DNA of 64,000 bases from Pseudomonadota bacterium (GTDB lineage: Bacteria; Pseudomonadota; Alphaproteobacteria; Rhodobacterales; Rhodobacteraceae): NCBI GenBank assembly GCA_038525015.1, contig JBCBID010000016.1:23389-87388 (forward strand). The letters run 5' to 3'. The notes below the pieces were generated by a model that was given only the letters and a program-made list of their open reading frames with translations, was not told the origin of the DNA and ran no database searches. How positions within the stretch are numbered: position 1 is the first letter of the stretch; each line of letters opens with the position of its first letter. Made by a program: the position numbers and the translations under genes. Below, one piece after another: positions 49,207-59,476 of this stretch.

Positions 49207-50508
49207 ATGACGCCAAGATTGCTGGTCTCTATCGTCGCATTTTGCGCAGCTTTGTCCGCGCCAACCTTTGCGCTGAGCGCGACCCCAAGGGTGTTCAACG
49301 AAATTATCGTTGAAGGGAACAGCCGCTTCAGTGACCGCGACATCTTGGCCACCGCCGGACTGCGGCGCGGCGAAACCTACGGGCAACAGGACCTGCTGGA
49401 AGCGATCGAAGATCTTGAATTTACAGGAGAGTTTAACGAAGTCCGCATTCGGTCAGAAGGTGATCGACTGATCATAACGGTAGATGAAACACCCCGCTTC
49501 GAGGGTCAGCTTGTGTTCGGAGGCGGTTTCGACACCGACACCGGTTTTTTTGTTGGCGGCGCATTGCAAATCGAAAATGCCCTGGGCATCGACGCCCGGA
49601 TCAATGCCGAACTGACCCTGGCAGAAGAAATCCAGACCGCCCGCTTTGCGGTATTTGATCCCGATGCTTTATCCGAGACTATCGGTCTCGGCATCCGGTT
49701 TTCGTACAGCAACACCGAATTCGACAACGTATTGTTCTCCTACGAAGACATTTCACTCAGCCCTTTCGTAACATTTGACCTTGGCCGAAATCGCGAACTT
49801 GAAACGCGCCTCGTCTTTTTCGAAACCGATTTGCGCGATGTGGACCCGTCCGCCTCTGCCATCTTGCAATCCGAAGTCGGCAGCGAAAGCTCTATCGCGC
49901 TCGGAGCAACCTACAGGTTCGGCGAGATCGACCCGTCTGCCGGGCGGTTCACTTGGGGTCTTCTGCTTGACGCGGAATACGCCTTTGCGGGTGACGCTGA
50001 TTACATTCGCGCGCAGGTTCGCGGCAACTTCTTCCTGCCTATGGCTCGCGGCTTTGCACTGCGCTCCACAGCCGAGTTTGGGCACATCTCGGGGCTTAAT
50101 GACTACGTGGTGCGCGCAACGGACCGCTTTGTGCTGGGCGGGGCCAGCTTGCGCGGGTTCGAGCGGGGCACCGTCACCGTCCGCGATATTGATGGCAATG
50201 TGGACACCAACCTGGGCGGCAACAGCTTCGCCGTGATCCGCACCGATCTCCTTGTTCCTCTGTTTCCAGAAAACGAGGATGTTGGCACATTTGTATTTGC
50301 AGATATTGGCAGCGTCTGGGACCTTGAAACTGACACCGGGGAAAGCGGGCAACTCTTCGATGGGTTTGACCTGCGCGCCTCGGTTGGCATCGGCGCATCC
50401 TATGATTTCAATTTTGGGCGGCTCGAAGCCTACCTCGCAGCACCTGTTGAAGAGGGCGTGGGCGACGACGACCAGATTTTCGGCATCGCTTTTCGAACCA
50501 ATTTCTAA
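49207..50508 (+). CDS. Omp85/BamA-TamA family protein with a single POTRA domain
   Basis: Signal peptide; EIIVEGNSRFS...LEFTGEFNEVRI...LIITVDE POTRA; FVLGGASLRGF loop-6 motif; LGGNSF; C-terminal FGIAFRTNF. Confidence 0.85.
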   Translation: MTPRLLVSIVAFCAALSAPTFALSATPRVFNEIIVEGNSRFSDRDILATAGLRRGETYGQQDLLEAIEDLEFTGEFNEVRIRSEGDRLIITVDETPRFEGQLVFGGGFDTDTGFFVGGALQIENALGIDARINAELTLAEEIQTARFAVFDPDALSETIGLGIRFSYSNTEFDNVLFSYEDISLSPFVTFDLGRNRELETRLVFFETDLRDVDPSASAILQSEVGSESSIALGATYRFGEIDPSAGRFTWGLLLDAEYAFAGDADYIRAQVRGNFFLPMARGFALRSTAEFGHISGLNDYVVRATDRFVLGGASLRGFERGTVTVRDIDGNVDTNLGGNSFAVIRTDLLVPLFPENEDVGTFVFADIGSVWDLETDTGESGQLFDGFDLRASVGIGASYDFNFGRLEAYLAAPVEEGVGDDDQIFGIAFRTNF

Positions 50509-50533
50509 CCTGCCGGCTTTCGCAAGTTAAGGG

Positions 50534-50561
50534 GCTCCGATTACCACAGGGTAATCGAAGC
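50534..50561. terminator. Hairpin between convergent omp85 and hpr
   Basis: CGATTACC-ACAG-GGTAATCG with flanking GCT/AGC; no U-tract. Confidence 0.4.
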
Positions 50562-50682
50562 CGTCGCGCATAACAATCTCAACTCGGATGCCGTGTGTCC
50601 GCTGCCCGTCAACGCTTTCGCATATACCAGTCGATTACTCCCACCGGGCTGCATTCAGCGCTATGCCCACCATAGCAGCCAC

Positions 50683-51654
50683 TCATGCAACGCGGTCGCG
50701 CGGCGCCTTGCCACCAAAAAAGTCGTTCAGGTTGTCGAGCACGCGAAAGCCCATGGCCTGACGGGCCTCGCGGGTCGCACTGCCAAGATGCGGCAACATC
50801 ACCAGGTTGTCGCATTGGGCCAGCATCGGGTTGACGGCCGGCTCTCGCTCGAACACATCAAGTGCGGCGCCGCCAATCGTGTCGAACATCAGCGCTTGGG
50901 CAAGGGCTGCTTCGTCCACAACCTCACCACGGGCCGTGTTGATCAGAAACGCGTCTGGCTTCATCATGTCCAACCGGCGCGAATTGATCATCTTGGCGTT
51001 GCCCGCACCGCCCGGGCAATGCAGCGAGACGAAATCGCATTGTGGCAGCAATTCCTCAATACTCGCACTCTGAGTAGCATTGAACCGCGCCAGAACATCC
51101 CGGCGCACCTCCGACCGATTGTAGACCACGATGTCCATGCCGAACCCGAAATGCGCGCGCTTCGCCAGTTCCTGGCCGATGCGTCCAAAGCCTACGATGC
51201 CCAGCGTTTTGCCTGACACTTTGGTGCCGATCAAATGCGTCGGTCGCCAACCCTCCCAATGGCCCGCACGCAATTCACGTTCACCATCTCCGGCGCGACG
51301 CGCCACCATCAGCATCAGCGTCATGGCAAGGTCAGCTGTACATTCCGACAACACATCGGGGGTGTTGGTGATCGCAATACCGTGCGTCTTGGCCTTTTCG
51401 ACGTCGATATGCGTATAGCCGACACCGTAATTCGCAAAGATCTTGGTTTGTGCCCGGGCCACGTCCAGGGCCTCGGCGCTGATCTTGTCCGTGACGGTTG
51501 GCAACACCGCATCATAGCGCTGGATCGCCTCACGGAACTCCGCCGACGTCAACGGTCTGTCGCTTCGGTTCAGTTCGACGTTGTAGCGGTCGGCAAGCTG
51601 CGCCTCGACCGCAGCAGGCCAACGACGAGTGACCAGAACACTTGGTTTCACCAT
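50683..51654 (-). CDS. D-2-hydroxyacid dehydrogenase (hydroxypyruvate/glyoxylate reductase by context)
   Basis: NTPDVLSECTAD, GFGRIG, SLHCPG, INTARG, LDVFEREP, LPHLGSAT; TGATG coupled to mtkB. Confidence 0.88.
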   Translation of the reverse strand: MVKPSVLVTRRWPAAVEAQLADRYNVELNRSDRPLTSAEFREAIQRYDAVLPTVTDKISAEALDVARAQTKIFANYGVGYTHIDVEKAKTHGIAITNTPDVLSECTADLAMTLMLMVARRAGDGERELRAGHWEGWRPTHLIGTKVSGKTLGIVGFGRIGQELAKRAHFGFGMDIVVYNRSEVRRDVLARFNATQSASIEELLPQCDFVSLHCPGGAGNAKMINSRRLDMMKPDAFLINTARGEVVDEAALAQALMFDTIGGAALDVFEREPAVNPMLAQCDNLVMLPHLGSATREARQAMGFRVLDNLNDFFGGKAPRDRVA

Positions 51655-52541
51655 CACGCAGCCTCCATCACTTTTGCAATTGTCGCGCCAATCACCGCCG
51701 GATTGTCGGCAACCGTCACACCCGCAGCAGACAATATTTCCACCTTCTCCGACGCACTTTCGCCAAAGGCCGAGATGATCGCGCCCGCGTGCCCCATCGT
51801 CCGGCCCTTGGGTGCGGTCAGACCGGCAACATAGGCAACGACAGGCTTCGATACGTGATCACGAATGTACTCTGCGGCTTCGGCTTCCTGTGGGCCACCA
51901 ATCTCGCCAATCAAGGCGATGACATGGGTATCGTCATCCTTCTCGAACCGTTCAAGGATGTCCTTGAACGACGATCCATTGATCGGATCACCACCAATCC
52001 CGACGGACGTGGATACACCGATGCCAAGTTCCTTCAACTGGCTGGCGGCCTCATAGCCCAGCGTGCCCGACCGGCCCACGATCCCCACGTGACCCTTTTT
52101 GTAGATGTGGCCCGGCATGATCCCCAGCAGCGCCTTGCCCGGGCTGATCGTGCCCGCGCAGTTCGGGCCTGTCAGCACCATCCGGCGCTCCTTGGGATAG
52201 CGGTACATGTAGCGTTTCACGCGGATCATATCCTGCGCCGGGATGCCATCGGTGATGCAGACGCAATAGCGAATGCCCGCGTCCGCAGCCTCCATGATGC
52301 TATCGGCAGCGAAAGGCGGCGGCACAAAGACCAGCGATGCTTCGGCCTCGGTTTCGGCCACCGCCTCTTCGACCGTGTCGAAAACCGGTAGCCCCTCAAC
52401 CATTTCGCCACCCTTTCCGGGCACGACGCCGCCAACCACGTTTGTGCCGTAGTCCAGCATATCCTTGGTGTGAAATCGCGCCATCTTGCCGGTGATGCCC
52501 TGGACAATAACGCGGGTGTTCTTGTCGAGAAGAATGCTCAT
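51654..52541 (-). CDS. mtkB: Malate-CoA ligase (malate thiokinase) alpha subunit
   Basis: SucD-like [33 protein letters not shown]; DMIRVKRYM segment and serine-cycle context. Confidence 0.85.
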   Translation of the reverse strand: MSILLDKNTRVIVQGITGKMARFHTKDMLDYGTNVVGGVVPGKGGEMVEGLPVFDTVEEAVAETEAEASLVFVPPPFAADSIMEAADAGIRYCVCITDGIPAQDMIRVKRYMYRYPKERRMVLTGPNCAGTISPGKALLGIMPGHIYKKGHVGIVGRSGTLGYEAASQLKELGIGVSTSVGIGGDPINGSSFKDILERFEKDDDTHVIALIGEIGGPQEAEAAEYIRDHVSKPVVAYVAGLTAPKGRTMGHAGAIISAFGESASEKVEILSAAGVTVADNPAVIGATIAKVMEAA

Positions 52542-53737
52542 GACACAGCCCTCAGATTGACCGCTTGAGAGAGGTCGTTTCTCCAAGCCCCCACTGCACG
52601 TTCGGCGGCTTCATTCAGCGTTTTCGCCCGGATGATCGGCAGGCCGGACTTGGCCAGAATCTTCTGCCCTTCCTCCACATTGGTCCCGGCAAGGCGCACA
52701 ATCACGGGCACCTCAACGCCTACGTCCTTCATGGCCTGCACAACGCCCTCCGCCACCCAATCGCAGCGGTTGATGCCGGCAAAGATGTTGACGAGGATCG
52801 CCTGCACGTTCTTGTCCGAAAGCACGAGCCGGAACGCCTTGGCGACCCGGTCAGGCGTTGCGCCACCGCCAATGTCCAAGAAATTCGCAGGCTCGCCACC
52901 CGCCAGCTTGATGGTGTCCATGGTCGCCATGGCCAGGCCCGCACCATTGACGATACAGCCGATGTTTCCATCAAGGCCGACATAGTTCAGGCCCCGGTCT
53001 GCCGCGCGGCTTTCGCGGGGGTCTTCCTGGCTCTTGTCGCGCAGCTCTGAAATCTGCGGGTGCCGGAACAGGGCGTTCCCGTCGAATGTCATCTTGGCGT
53101 CCAGTGCGATGACGCGGCTGTCTTCGGTGATGACCAGCGGATTGATTTCGACCATCGTGGCGTCAAGTTCCGTAAACGCGCGGTAGCAGCCCTGCAACGT
53201 GCGCACCATCTGTTGAACCAACGCCGGATCAATGCCCAGCTTGAACGCAATCTGACGGCACTGGAATTCGCGCAAGCCAACCGCAGGTTCAACCACCGCC
53301 CGCACGATGCTGTCGGGCTTTTGCTCTGAAATCTCCTCGATCTCCATGCCACCCTCTGCCGACGCGACAATCATGACCCGCTGCGTGGTACGGTCCAGCA
53401 CAAAGCCTAGGTAAATCTCTCTCTCGATGGGCACTGCGGCTTCGACATAGACGCGATAGACGCCCTTGCCTTCAGGGCCGGTCTGGTGCGTGACCAGCTT
53501 CATGCCGAACATGGCTTCGCTGGCGTCCTGTATCTCTGTATCGCTGCTACAGATTTTCACGCCGCCTGCCTTGCCGCGCCCACCTGCGTGGACCTGCGCC
53601 TTGACGACCCAGCGCTCGCCGCCCAGTTCGCGGGCACGATAGGCGGCCTGCTCGGGGCTGTAGGCCAGCGCACCGTCCGGGACGGTGACACCAAATCCGG
53701 CAAGGATTTCTTTCGCCTGATATTCATGGATGTCCAT
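52538..53737 (-). CDS. mtkA: Malate-CoA ligase beta subunit
   Basis: [61 protein letters not shown]. Confidence 0.87.
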   Translation of the reverse strand: MDIHEYQAKEILAGFGVTVPDGALAYSPEQAAYRARELGGERWVVKAQVHAGGRGKAGGVKICSSDTEIQDASEAMFGMKLVTHQTGPEGKGVYRVYVEAAVPIEREIYLGFVLDRTTQRVMIVASAEGGMEIEEISEQKPDSIVRAVVEPAVGLREFQCRQIAFKLGIDPALVQQMVRTLQGCYRAFTELDATMVEINPLVITEDSRVIALDAKMTFDGNALFRHPQISELRDKSQEDPRESRAADRGLNYVGLDGNIGCIVNGAGLAMATMDTIKLAGGEPANFLDIGGGATPDRVAKAFRLVLSDKNVQAILVNIFAGINRCDWVAEGVVQAMKDVGVEVPVIVRLAGTNVEEGQKILAKSGLPIIRAKTLNEAAERAVGAWRNDLSQAVNLRAVS

Positions 53738-53751
53738 AGTGCTCCTCCCGT

Positions 53752-54999
53752 TTATTCGGCTGCGATGGCCGTGCCATAATGCCCTTGCAGCACCGCATCG
53801 ATTTGCGTCTGGTCGACATCCGCCCCCAGGTCCCGCAGCGCCGTGGCAAAGCGGTTCACGATGTCGGTGATGGCCGCCTCGGACAGCAGGTTCAGAATGC
53901 CGATGCGCACCTGAACGGGTTCGGACAGCGTCGGCCAGATGCCAAAGTTCTGTGCCCGGCAGTGCTGCACCAGCTCCATTTCGCGACCGGCCAGCGCCTC
54001 AGGCAAGTTCAGCACCACGAGCGATGGCATGTTCGACGTCACATGGCAGCCCATCGCCTCGACACATTGGCGCAGTGCGGCTTCGTGGAACGTATAATCC
54101 GCCGCGCGCTGCGCGATGGTCTGCTGCAGGCAAATGCGCAGCGCCTCGTGAAACGCCGATACCGCATAGGCCGAATGCGTCCGGTGATAGGTGCCCCGCT
54201 CCACATCCTGCCCGTCGATTATGCCCCAATGACGGGCCTCAAGGATGGGGTGGTGGCAGAACGTCCGCGTACCCGTCGCCCTCAGCGTTTCGATGTACCG
54301 ATCGCTGAACGACACGGGTGCGTAGGTCAGCGGCAAGCAGCAGATACCCTTCTGAGGGCAGGACGCCCAGCCGTGCACACCAGGAAAATCGTCAATCCGA
54401 AAATCACCAACGCCCAGGCTCGACACAGCATCAACCAGCCCCATAGCGTCGTGCCGCACGCACGCATCGCTGAACCCCTTGATATCATTGACCCGGCCCG
54501 ACCCGGTTTCCCAATGCGCCATCGCCGCCCATTTGGGCTTATGCTCAGCCAATGCTACCTCGACAATCTCGCCAGTGACGCTTTCACCATGCGGCACATC
54601 AACGATCACCACGTTGCTTGTCTGCGGATCAAGCGGGTTTGCCGCCAACTCTTCGGGTGAGGCCGCCTTCATACGCACCGTCAAACCGTCGATGCCCGAA
54701 AACGTCCCATTGACAAACATGACAACTTTGTCGCCCGGCATCACAGCCGAAAACATCATGTCCAGCCCGCTCCAGCCGGTGCCTGCAACACCAAACGTGT
54801 GCGTATTGTCGGTCCCCATGACCGCGCGCAGCATCTCTTTGCACTCTACCATCCCGCGCAGCACGTCAGCATGCATATGGTCAGCGAGACCCGCGCCCGC
54901 ATAGCGCGCCAAAACGCGGGCGTCGGTGTTGCCCGGCCCCGGACCAGCGGCAATAGTGTTTGGAATATCAAGCTGCGGAAAAACGGCAGTGTCGGTCAT
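53752..54999 (-). CDS. sga: Class V PLP aminotransferase (serine-glyoxylate aminotransferase by context)
   Basis: [32 protein letters not shown] (PLP Lys); AGGAG RBS; heads the mtkAB-hpr operon. Confidence 0.75.
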   Translation of the reverse strand: MTDTAVFPQLDIPNTIAAGPGPGNTDARVLARYAGAGLADHMHADVLRGMVECKEMLRAVMGTDNTHTFGVAGTGWSGLDMMFSAVMPGDKVVMFVNGTFSGIDGLTVRMKAASPEELAANPLDPQTSNVVIVDVPHGESVTGEIVEVALAEHKPKWAAMAHWETGSGRVNDIKGFSDACVRHDAMGLVDAVSSLGVGDFRIDDFPGVHGWASCPQKGICCLPLTYAPVSFSDRYIETLRATGTRTFCHHPILEARHWGIIDGQDVERGTYHRTHSAYAVSAFHEALRICLQQTIAQRAADYTFHEAALRQCVEAMGCHVTSNMPSLVVLNLPEALAGREMELVQHCRAQNFGIWPTLSEPVQVRIGILNLLSEAAITDIVNRFATALRDLGADVDQTQIDAVLQGHYGTAIAAE

Positions 55000-55097
55000 A
55001 ATGTCTCCTGTCACGCTGTTCCGCGTAATTTCATTGCGGAAAATTTTGGCACGATGATTGATAAATACGTTGCGGGCGAAGAAAACGCCCCTTAGTC

Positions 55098-55190
55098 CTA
55101 CTTATGGGTATCTAAATGGGTAGGAAAATTACTACCCAAAGATCGAAATATACCGCTGTATGCTGAATAATGACCCACCTGAATAGGTAG
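55098..55190. promoter_or_regulatory. Cluster of CTACC/GGTAG half-sites in the sga/regulator divergent promoter
   Basis: GTATCT-AAAT-GGGTAG (55108-55123), GGGTAG-N8-CTACCC (55118-55137), CCACCT-GAAT-AGGTAG (55175-55190). Confidence 0.45.
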
Positions 55191-55209
55191 TTTGTTGGAA
55201 ATACCGACT

Positions 55210-55875
55210 ATGAATCAAAGCCTTGATAAATCAGACACGCCGATCGAGATCATGCTCGCCGACAGCAATCCGCTAGTGCTGTCCGCGTTGTCCGAGATCA
55301 TCGACCGCGATCCGCGATTCTCCCTGGTGGCCACCGCCGCCACCGCCGAAGGGTTTCTTGGCACCGTCATGCGTGTGCCGGTTCAAGTAGGCGTGATCGA
55401 CTGGAACCTGCCCGCGCTTGGCGGTGCAAAGCTGATCGAAGTGCTGCGAGATCAGGAAAAGGCACCGCGCATCGTGGTCTATGCCGAAGACACGGGCGAC
55501 CTGCCCCGCCTGGCCATGACGGCAGGCGCCGCCGCCTATGCGCCCCGCTCCAGCGAGGCGGAAACGCTTCTCGACACCTGCATCGACGTGGCGGCGGGCA
55601 AGATGGTCTTCCCATTCCTCGACGTTCGTGACCTGCAAAGCGACCCGATCCACCAATTGTCCCGCAAAGAACGCGGTATGCTCGAAGCACTGTCAAAAGG
55701 ACTGACCAACCGCGAATTGTCAAAAGAGCTTGGGATCACCGTCAACACGGTGAAATTCCACCTGTCGAACCTCTACGAAAAACTCAGCGTTAAGAACCGC
55801 GCCCAGGCCATCGCATTCTACTATTCGTCCCGGCTCGCACTCGAACGCGATGACGCTGACAGTATACCCAAATAG
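55210..55875 (+). CDS. NarL/LuxR-family response regulator (atypical receiver)
   Basis: REC domain plus LSRKERGML..LSKGLTNRELS..LGITVNTVKFHLSNLYEKL HTH. Confidence 0.9.
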   Translation: MNQSLDKSDTPIEIMLADSNPLVLSALSEIIDRDPRFSLVATAATAEGFLGTVMRVPVQVGVIDWNLPALGGAKLIEVLRDQEKAPRIVVYAEDTGDLPRLAMTAGAAAYAPRSSEAETLLDTCIDVAAGKMVFPFLDVRDLQSDPIHQLSRKERGMLEALSKGLTNRELSKELGITVNTVKFHLSNLYEKLSVKNRAQAIAFYYSSRLALERDDADSIPK

Positions 55876-55951
55876 ACTGAAACTCTGCTTGACAGAATCT
55901 TACGCCGTTGACCTTTCTCGCGCAATTTTACGTCGCAAGAAAGGCTGCGCC

Positions 55952-56929
55952 ATGTCGTTTCATCCGGTCACCCAAGCCCCCGGTCGTCTCAATCGATCCG
56001 AGCTCGCCGTCCCTGGCAGCCAGCCGCAAATGTTTGAAAAGGCGGCGGAATCAGACGTCGACGTGATCTTCCTCGACCTCGAAGATGCGGTGGCACCTGA
56101 CGAAAAGGAACAGGCCCGCAAGAACATCATCAAGGCACTGAACGAGATCGACTGGGGCAGCAAATCCATGTCGGTGCGCATCAATGGGCTGGACACCCAC
56201 TACATGTATCGCGACGTCGTGGACGTCGTCGAACAGGCGGGCGAGCGGCTGGATCTGATCATGATCCCAAAAGTTGGCACTGCCGCCGATGTCTATGCCG
56301 TCGACATGATGGTGACCCAGATCGAAGATGCGAAAGGCCTGAAAAAGCGCATCGGGTTCGAGCACATCATCGAAACCGCCCTTGGCATGCAGAACGTCAC
56401 CGAAATCGCAGGTGCCTCGCCCCGCAACGAAAGCCTGCACTTCGGTGTCGCCGACTACGCCGCTTCCACCCGTGCGCGCACCACGATCATCGGCGGCGTG
56501 AACAAGGATTATGCCGTCTTGACCGACCCGGACGAGGCTGGACACCGCGACACCCATTGGGGCGACATGTGGCACTATGCACTTGCCCGTATGGTGGTCG
56601 CCGCACGCGCTAATGGTTTGCGCCCAATTGACGGCCCGTTCGGAGATTTCAAGGACCCCGAAGGCTACCGCGCCGCCGCCTATCGCGCTGCCGTGCTCGG
56701 CTGCGAAGGCAAGTGGGCCATCCACCCCAGTCAAATTGCACTCGCCAACGAAGTGATGAGCCCCTCCGACGCCGAAATTGACAAGGCGCAGCGCATCCTC
56801 GCCGCCATGGCCGAGGCTGAAGCAGCAGGCAAAGGCGCGGTCAGCTTGGATGGCCGATTGATCGACTACGCGTCCATCCGGCAGGCAGAAGTTTTGGTTG
56901 AAAAGGCAAAACAGATATCGGGCGGGTAA
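55952..56929 (+). CDS. mcl: L-malyl-CoA/beta-methylmalyl-CoA lyase
   Basis: RLNRSELAVPGS, LDLEDAVAP, VRINGLDTHYMYRDV, LHFGVADYAAS, GCEGKWAIHPSQ. Confidence 0.93.
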   Translation: MSFHPVTQAPGRLNRSELAVPGSQPQMFEKAAESDVDVIFLDLEDAVAPDEKEQARKNIIKALNEIDWGSKSMSVRINGLDTHYMYRDVVDVVEQAGERLDLIMIPKVGTAADVYAVDMMVTQIEDAKGLKKRIGFEHIIETALGMQNVTEIAGASPRNESLHFGVADYAASTRARTTIIGGVNKDYAVLTDPDEAGHRDTHWGDMWHYALARMVVAARANGLRPIDGPFGDFKDPEGYRAAAYRAAVLGCEGKWAIHPSQIALANEVMSPSDAEIDKAQRILAAMAEAEAAGKGAVSLDGRLIDYASIRQAEVLVEKAKQISGG

Positions 56930-57157
56930 GGCGCTATGGCCACTTCGCTAAAGGATCGAGATCAACCGCCAGGTCGCGCAAGCAAGACTTCCGGCATCTC
57001 GATGGCTGGGCATCTCTAAACAGTGCCTACACGGCCGTCGCGCCATCAGGGTCGGCGAAAACCCATCAATCGACCCGGTGGTCTTGCCGCGCGAACCTCA
57101 CCGTGATCAAAGCCCAAAAGGGGCACGCCTCGATCGCGATACGTGGATCGACGTCAT

Positions 57158-57214
57158 CCATCGCCATCGCCATCGCCATCGCCATCGCCATCGCCATCGC
57201 CATCGCCATCGCCA
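57158..57214. repeat. Hexanucleotide microsatellite (CCATCG)x9 plus CCA
   Basis: Direct count of perfect units 57158-57211. Confidence 0.97.
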
Positions 57215-58048
57215 AAAACTCAGGTCTTTTCCCCACCGCGTAAAGCCGCGTCCTTTGTCGACGATAGCCCGTACGCCTGCGTACTGAGCTGATCCATCTT
57301 GCCATATGCATGGCCGGTACGCCAAGATCGTTTCCCACGACATGTCAGCGACCGGCACCATATCGCGATCCCTCTGGCGCGAGACAAAAATAGTCGCGCC
57401 CCCTTTAGGAAGCCCCAACCACCATCCTCATCGTCTGGCCTGATTGCCGAAACACGCTTGGCACCACTGATTGGGCATGAAACGCGATGTATTTGGATTT
57501 CATCGGGTTTGCATCAGGGATCGGCTCCGAACGTGACCCAAGCCTATCTCAGTATCTGGATATCGTTGGCTTGGGTCTTGCGTGGAACCTGACCAGATGC
57601 TTGACCAATCCCACTCAGATTGGCGCTGACACCGTCGGTCACATACCAGAACTCCACCAGCGGGTGTTACGGCCCACTCACTCCACATACTCGTCACTTG
57701 GCCGTCTTTGACTGCGCGCTTGGCGGTGTCCGCTTTCGTCCGCGTCGTCACAGGTCAACACAAGCGATCCTGTTCTCTCAGTTCTCAATTGCCTTGGCGT
57801 TCACTCGACTTTAGCAGCACGGCATGCTGCCCAATCCCCACCCTGCTTTGCTCGGGGGCGCGCTCGCTTTTAGCATGCAACAATCGCGTCGCGCATAGGC
57901 TGGGATATGTGCAGACCCCGCGACCGCCTGTCTCCGGCGTCAGTGTGCCGAAAATCGGGTTAAGGTTGGATAAACGCAGCGCGCGCATCCAACCAATTGA
58001 TCTTGCTGTAAAAATAAACAGCCTCTTCAATCATGCCAGCGCACCCCA

Positions 58049-58071
58049 ACCTGTCCCCGCGGGGACAAGTT
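58049..58071. terminator. Palindromic hairpin downstream of gmaS
   Basis: TGTCCCCGCGGGGACA (58052-58067), identical to the core of the 7055-7092 palindrome, 3 bp after the stop codon. Confidence 0.65.
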
Positions 58072-59405
58072 CAGATATCAAGCGTATTGTCCTTTTCCCA
58101 CTGCGAGAAATGCGCCGTGAAATCGTTCCATTCCTGCGTTTTCATCTTGATGTAAGAGGCCGAGAAGTCTTCGCCCATCGCCGCCTTAAGGCGCTTGTCC
58201 TTGTCGAACTCTCGCAGCGCGTCCAGCATGTTCAGCGGCAGCTTCGCCGCTCCCCGTACTTTGTGTCCTTCCGCGTACATATCAATGTCGTATCGCTTCC
58301 CCGGATCAGCTTTGTTGCGGATGCCATCAAGCCCTGCGGCAATGATCACCGCCTGCAAAAGATAGGGGTTTGTTGCCCCGTCTGGCAGACGAAGTTCGAA
58401 CCGTCCTGGACCGGGAACGCGCACCATGTGCGTGCGGTTATTCCCCGTCCACGTCACCGTGTTCGGTGCCCATGTGGCGCCCGACATTGTGCGCGGCGCG
58501 TTGATGCGTTTGTAGCTGTTGACGGTCGGGTTCGTGATCGCGGCGAGCGCCGAGGCATGCTTCATAATGCCGCCCAGGAAGTGGCGGCCCTTTTCGGACA
58601 GGCCAAGCTCTGCCGTCTGGCTGCTGTCATTGGGTTCGATGGCGAACACGTTGGTCGTCGCGTCCCCGCCGGGCGCATCCCAGACCGAGATGTGCGCGTG
58701 GCAGCCGTTGCCGGTAAGGCCCTCGACCGGTTTGGGCATGAAGGTCGCGCGGAAGCCATGTTTTTCGGCTACAGATTTCGTCATGAACTTGAAGAAGGAG
58801 TGCTTGTCCGCCGTACGCAGCGCATCATCGAACTCCCAGTTCATCTCAAATTGACCATTCGCGTCTTCGTGGTCGTTCTGATACGGCCCCCACCCCAGAT
58901 CGAGCATGTAATCACAGATCTCGCGCACCACGTCATAGCGGCGCATCACCGCCTGCTGGTCGTAGCAGGGCTTGGCCGCCGTATCATATTCGTCACTGAT
59001 CTGTGCACCGTCCGGTGTCATAAGAAAATATTCAGCTTCAATCCCGGTCTTGATATGCAACCCTTCTGCGGCGGCCTCGTCGATCAGGCGGCGCAGCACG
59101 TTGCGGGGAGCCTGGGCCACGTCTTCGCCCTCCATCACGCAGTTGGCTGCAACCCAGGCCACTTCGGGCTTCCAAGGCAGTTGGATGACCGAGGACGCGT
59201 CGGGCACAGCCAGCATGTCGGGATGTGCGGGCGTCATATCGAGCCAGGTGGCAAAGCCCGCAAAGCCTGCGCCCTCTTTCTGCATGTCGGCGATGGCCTG
59301 CGCAGGCACCAGTTTGGCCCGCTGCCCGCCAAAGAGGTCGGTGAAGGAAATCATGAAATATGTCACGCCGTTGTCGGCGGCGAACTTTGCTAGATCAGTG
59401 GTCAT
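58071..59405 (-). CDS. gmaS: Gamma-glutamylmethylamide synthetase (GlnT-type glutamate-ammonia ligase family)
   Basis: FMISFTDLFGGQRAKLVPA, DHEDANGQFEMN, FMPKP..GLTGNGCH, GNNRTHMVR, ELRLPDG; follows mgsABC. Confidence 0.9.
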   Translation of the reverse strand: MTTDLAKFAADNGVTYFMISFTDLFGGQRAKLVPAQAIADMQKEGAGFAGFATWLDMTPAHPDMLAVPDASSVIQLPWKPEVAWVAANCVMEGEDVAQAPRNVLRRLIDEAAAEGLHIKTGIEAEYFLMTPDGAQISDEYDTAAKPCYDQQAVMRRYDVVREICDYMLDLGWGPYQNDHEDANGQFEMNWEFDDALRTADKHSFFKFMTKSVAEKHGFRATFMPKPVEGLTGNGCHAHISVWDAPGGDATTNVFAIEPNDSSQTAELGLSEKGRHFLGGIMKHASALAAITNPTVNSYKRINAPRTMSGATWAPNTVTWTGNNRTHMVRVPGPGRFELRLPDGATNPYLLQAVIIAAGLDGIRNKADPGKRYDIDMYAEGHKVRGAAKLPLNMLDALREFDKDKRLKAAMGEDFSASYIKMKTQEWNDFTAHFSQWEKDNTLDI

Positions 59406-59476
59406 CTATCTGTTCCTGTTGGTCTTTTATGTGATGAGGGCGCGTGCTCTGGTGGCCGCGCCCTTCGGTTTGACAA

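Noticed and set aside
51654-53737. Calling the CoA-ligase pair sucCD
   Set aside because: Sequence features and the sga/hpr/mcl neighbourhood fit malate thiokinase; the TCA copy is expected upstream of sucA, outside the window.
57066-57418. ORFs with MAMAMA, HRHRHR or WRWRWR runs as real low-complexity proteins
   Set aside because: They are just reading frames through the hexamer microsatellite, with no other coding evidence.
56930-58048. Group II intron, reverse transcriptase or ppc remnant
   Set aside because: No YADD, intron domain V or PEP carboxylase motifs found in the frames read.
57708-59393. 561-aa + strand ORF
   Set aside because: Antisense shadow of gmaS typical of high-GC codon bias; no recognisable motif.
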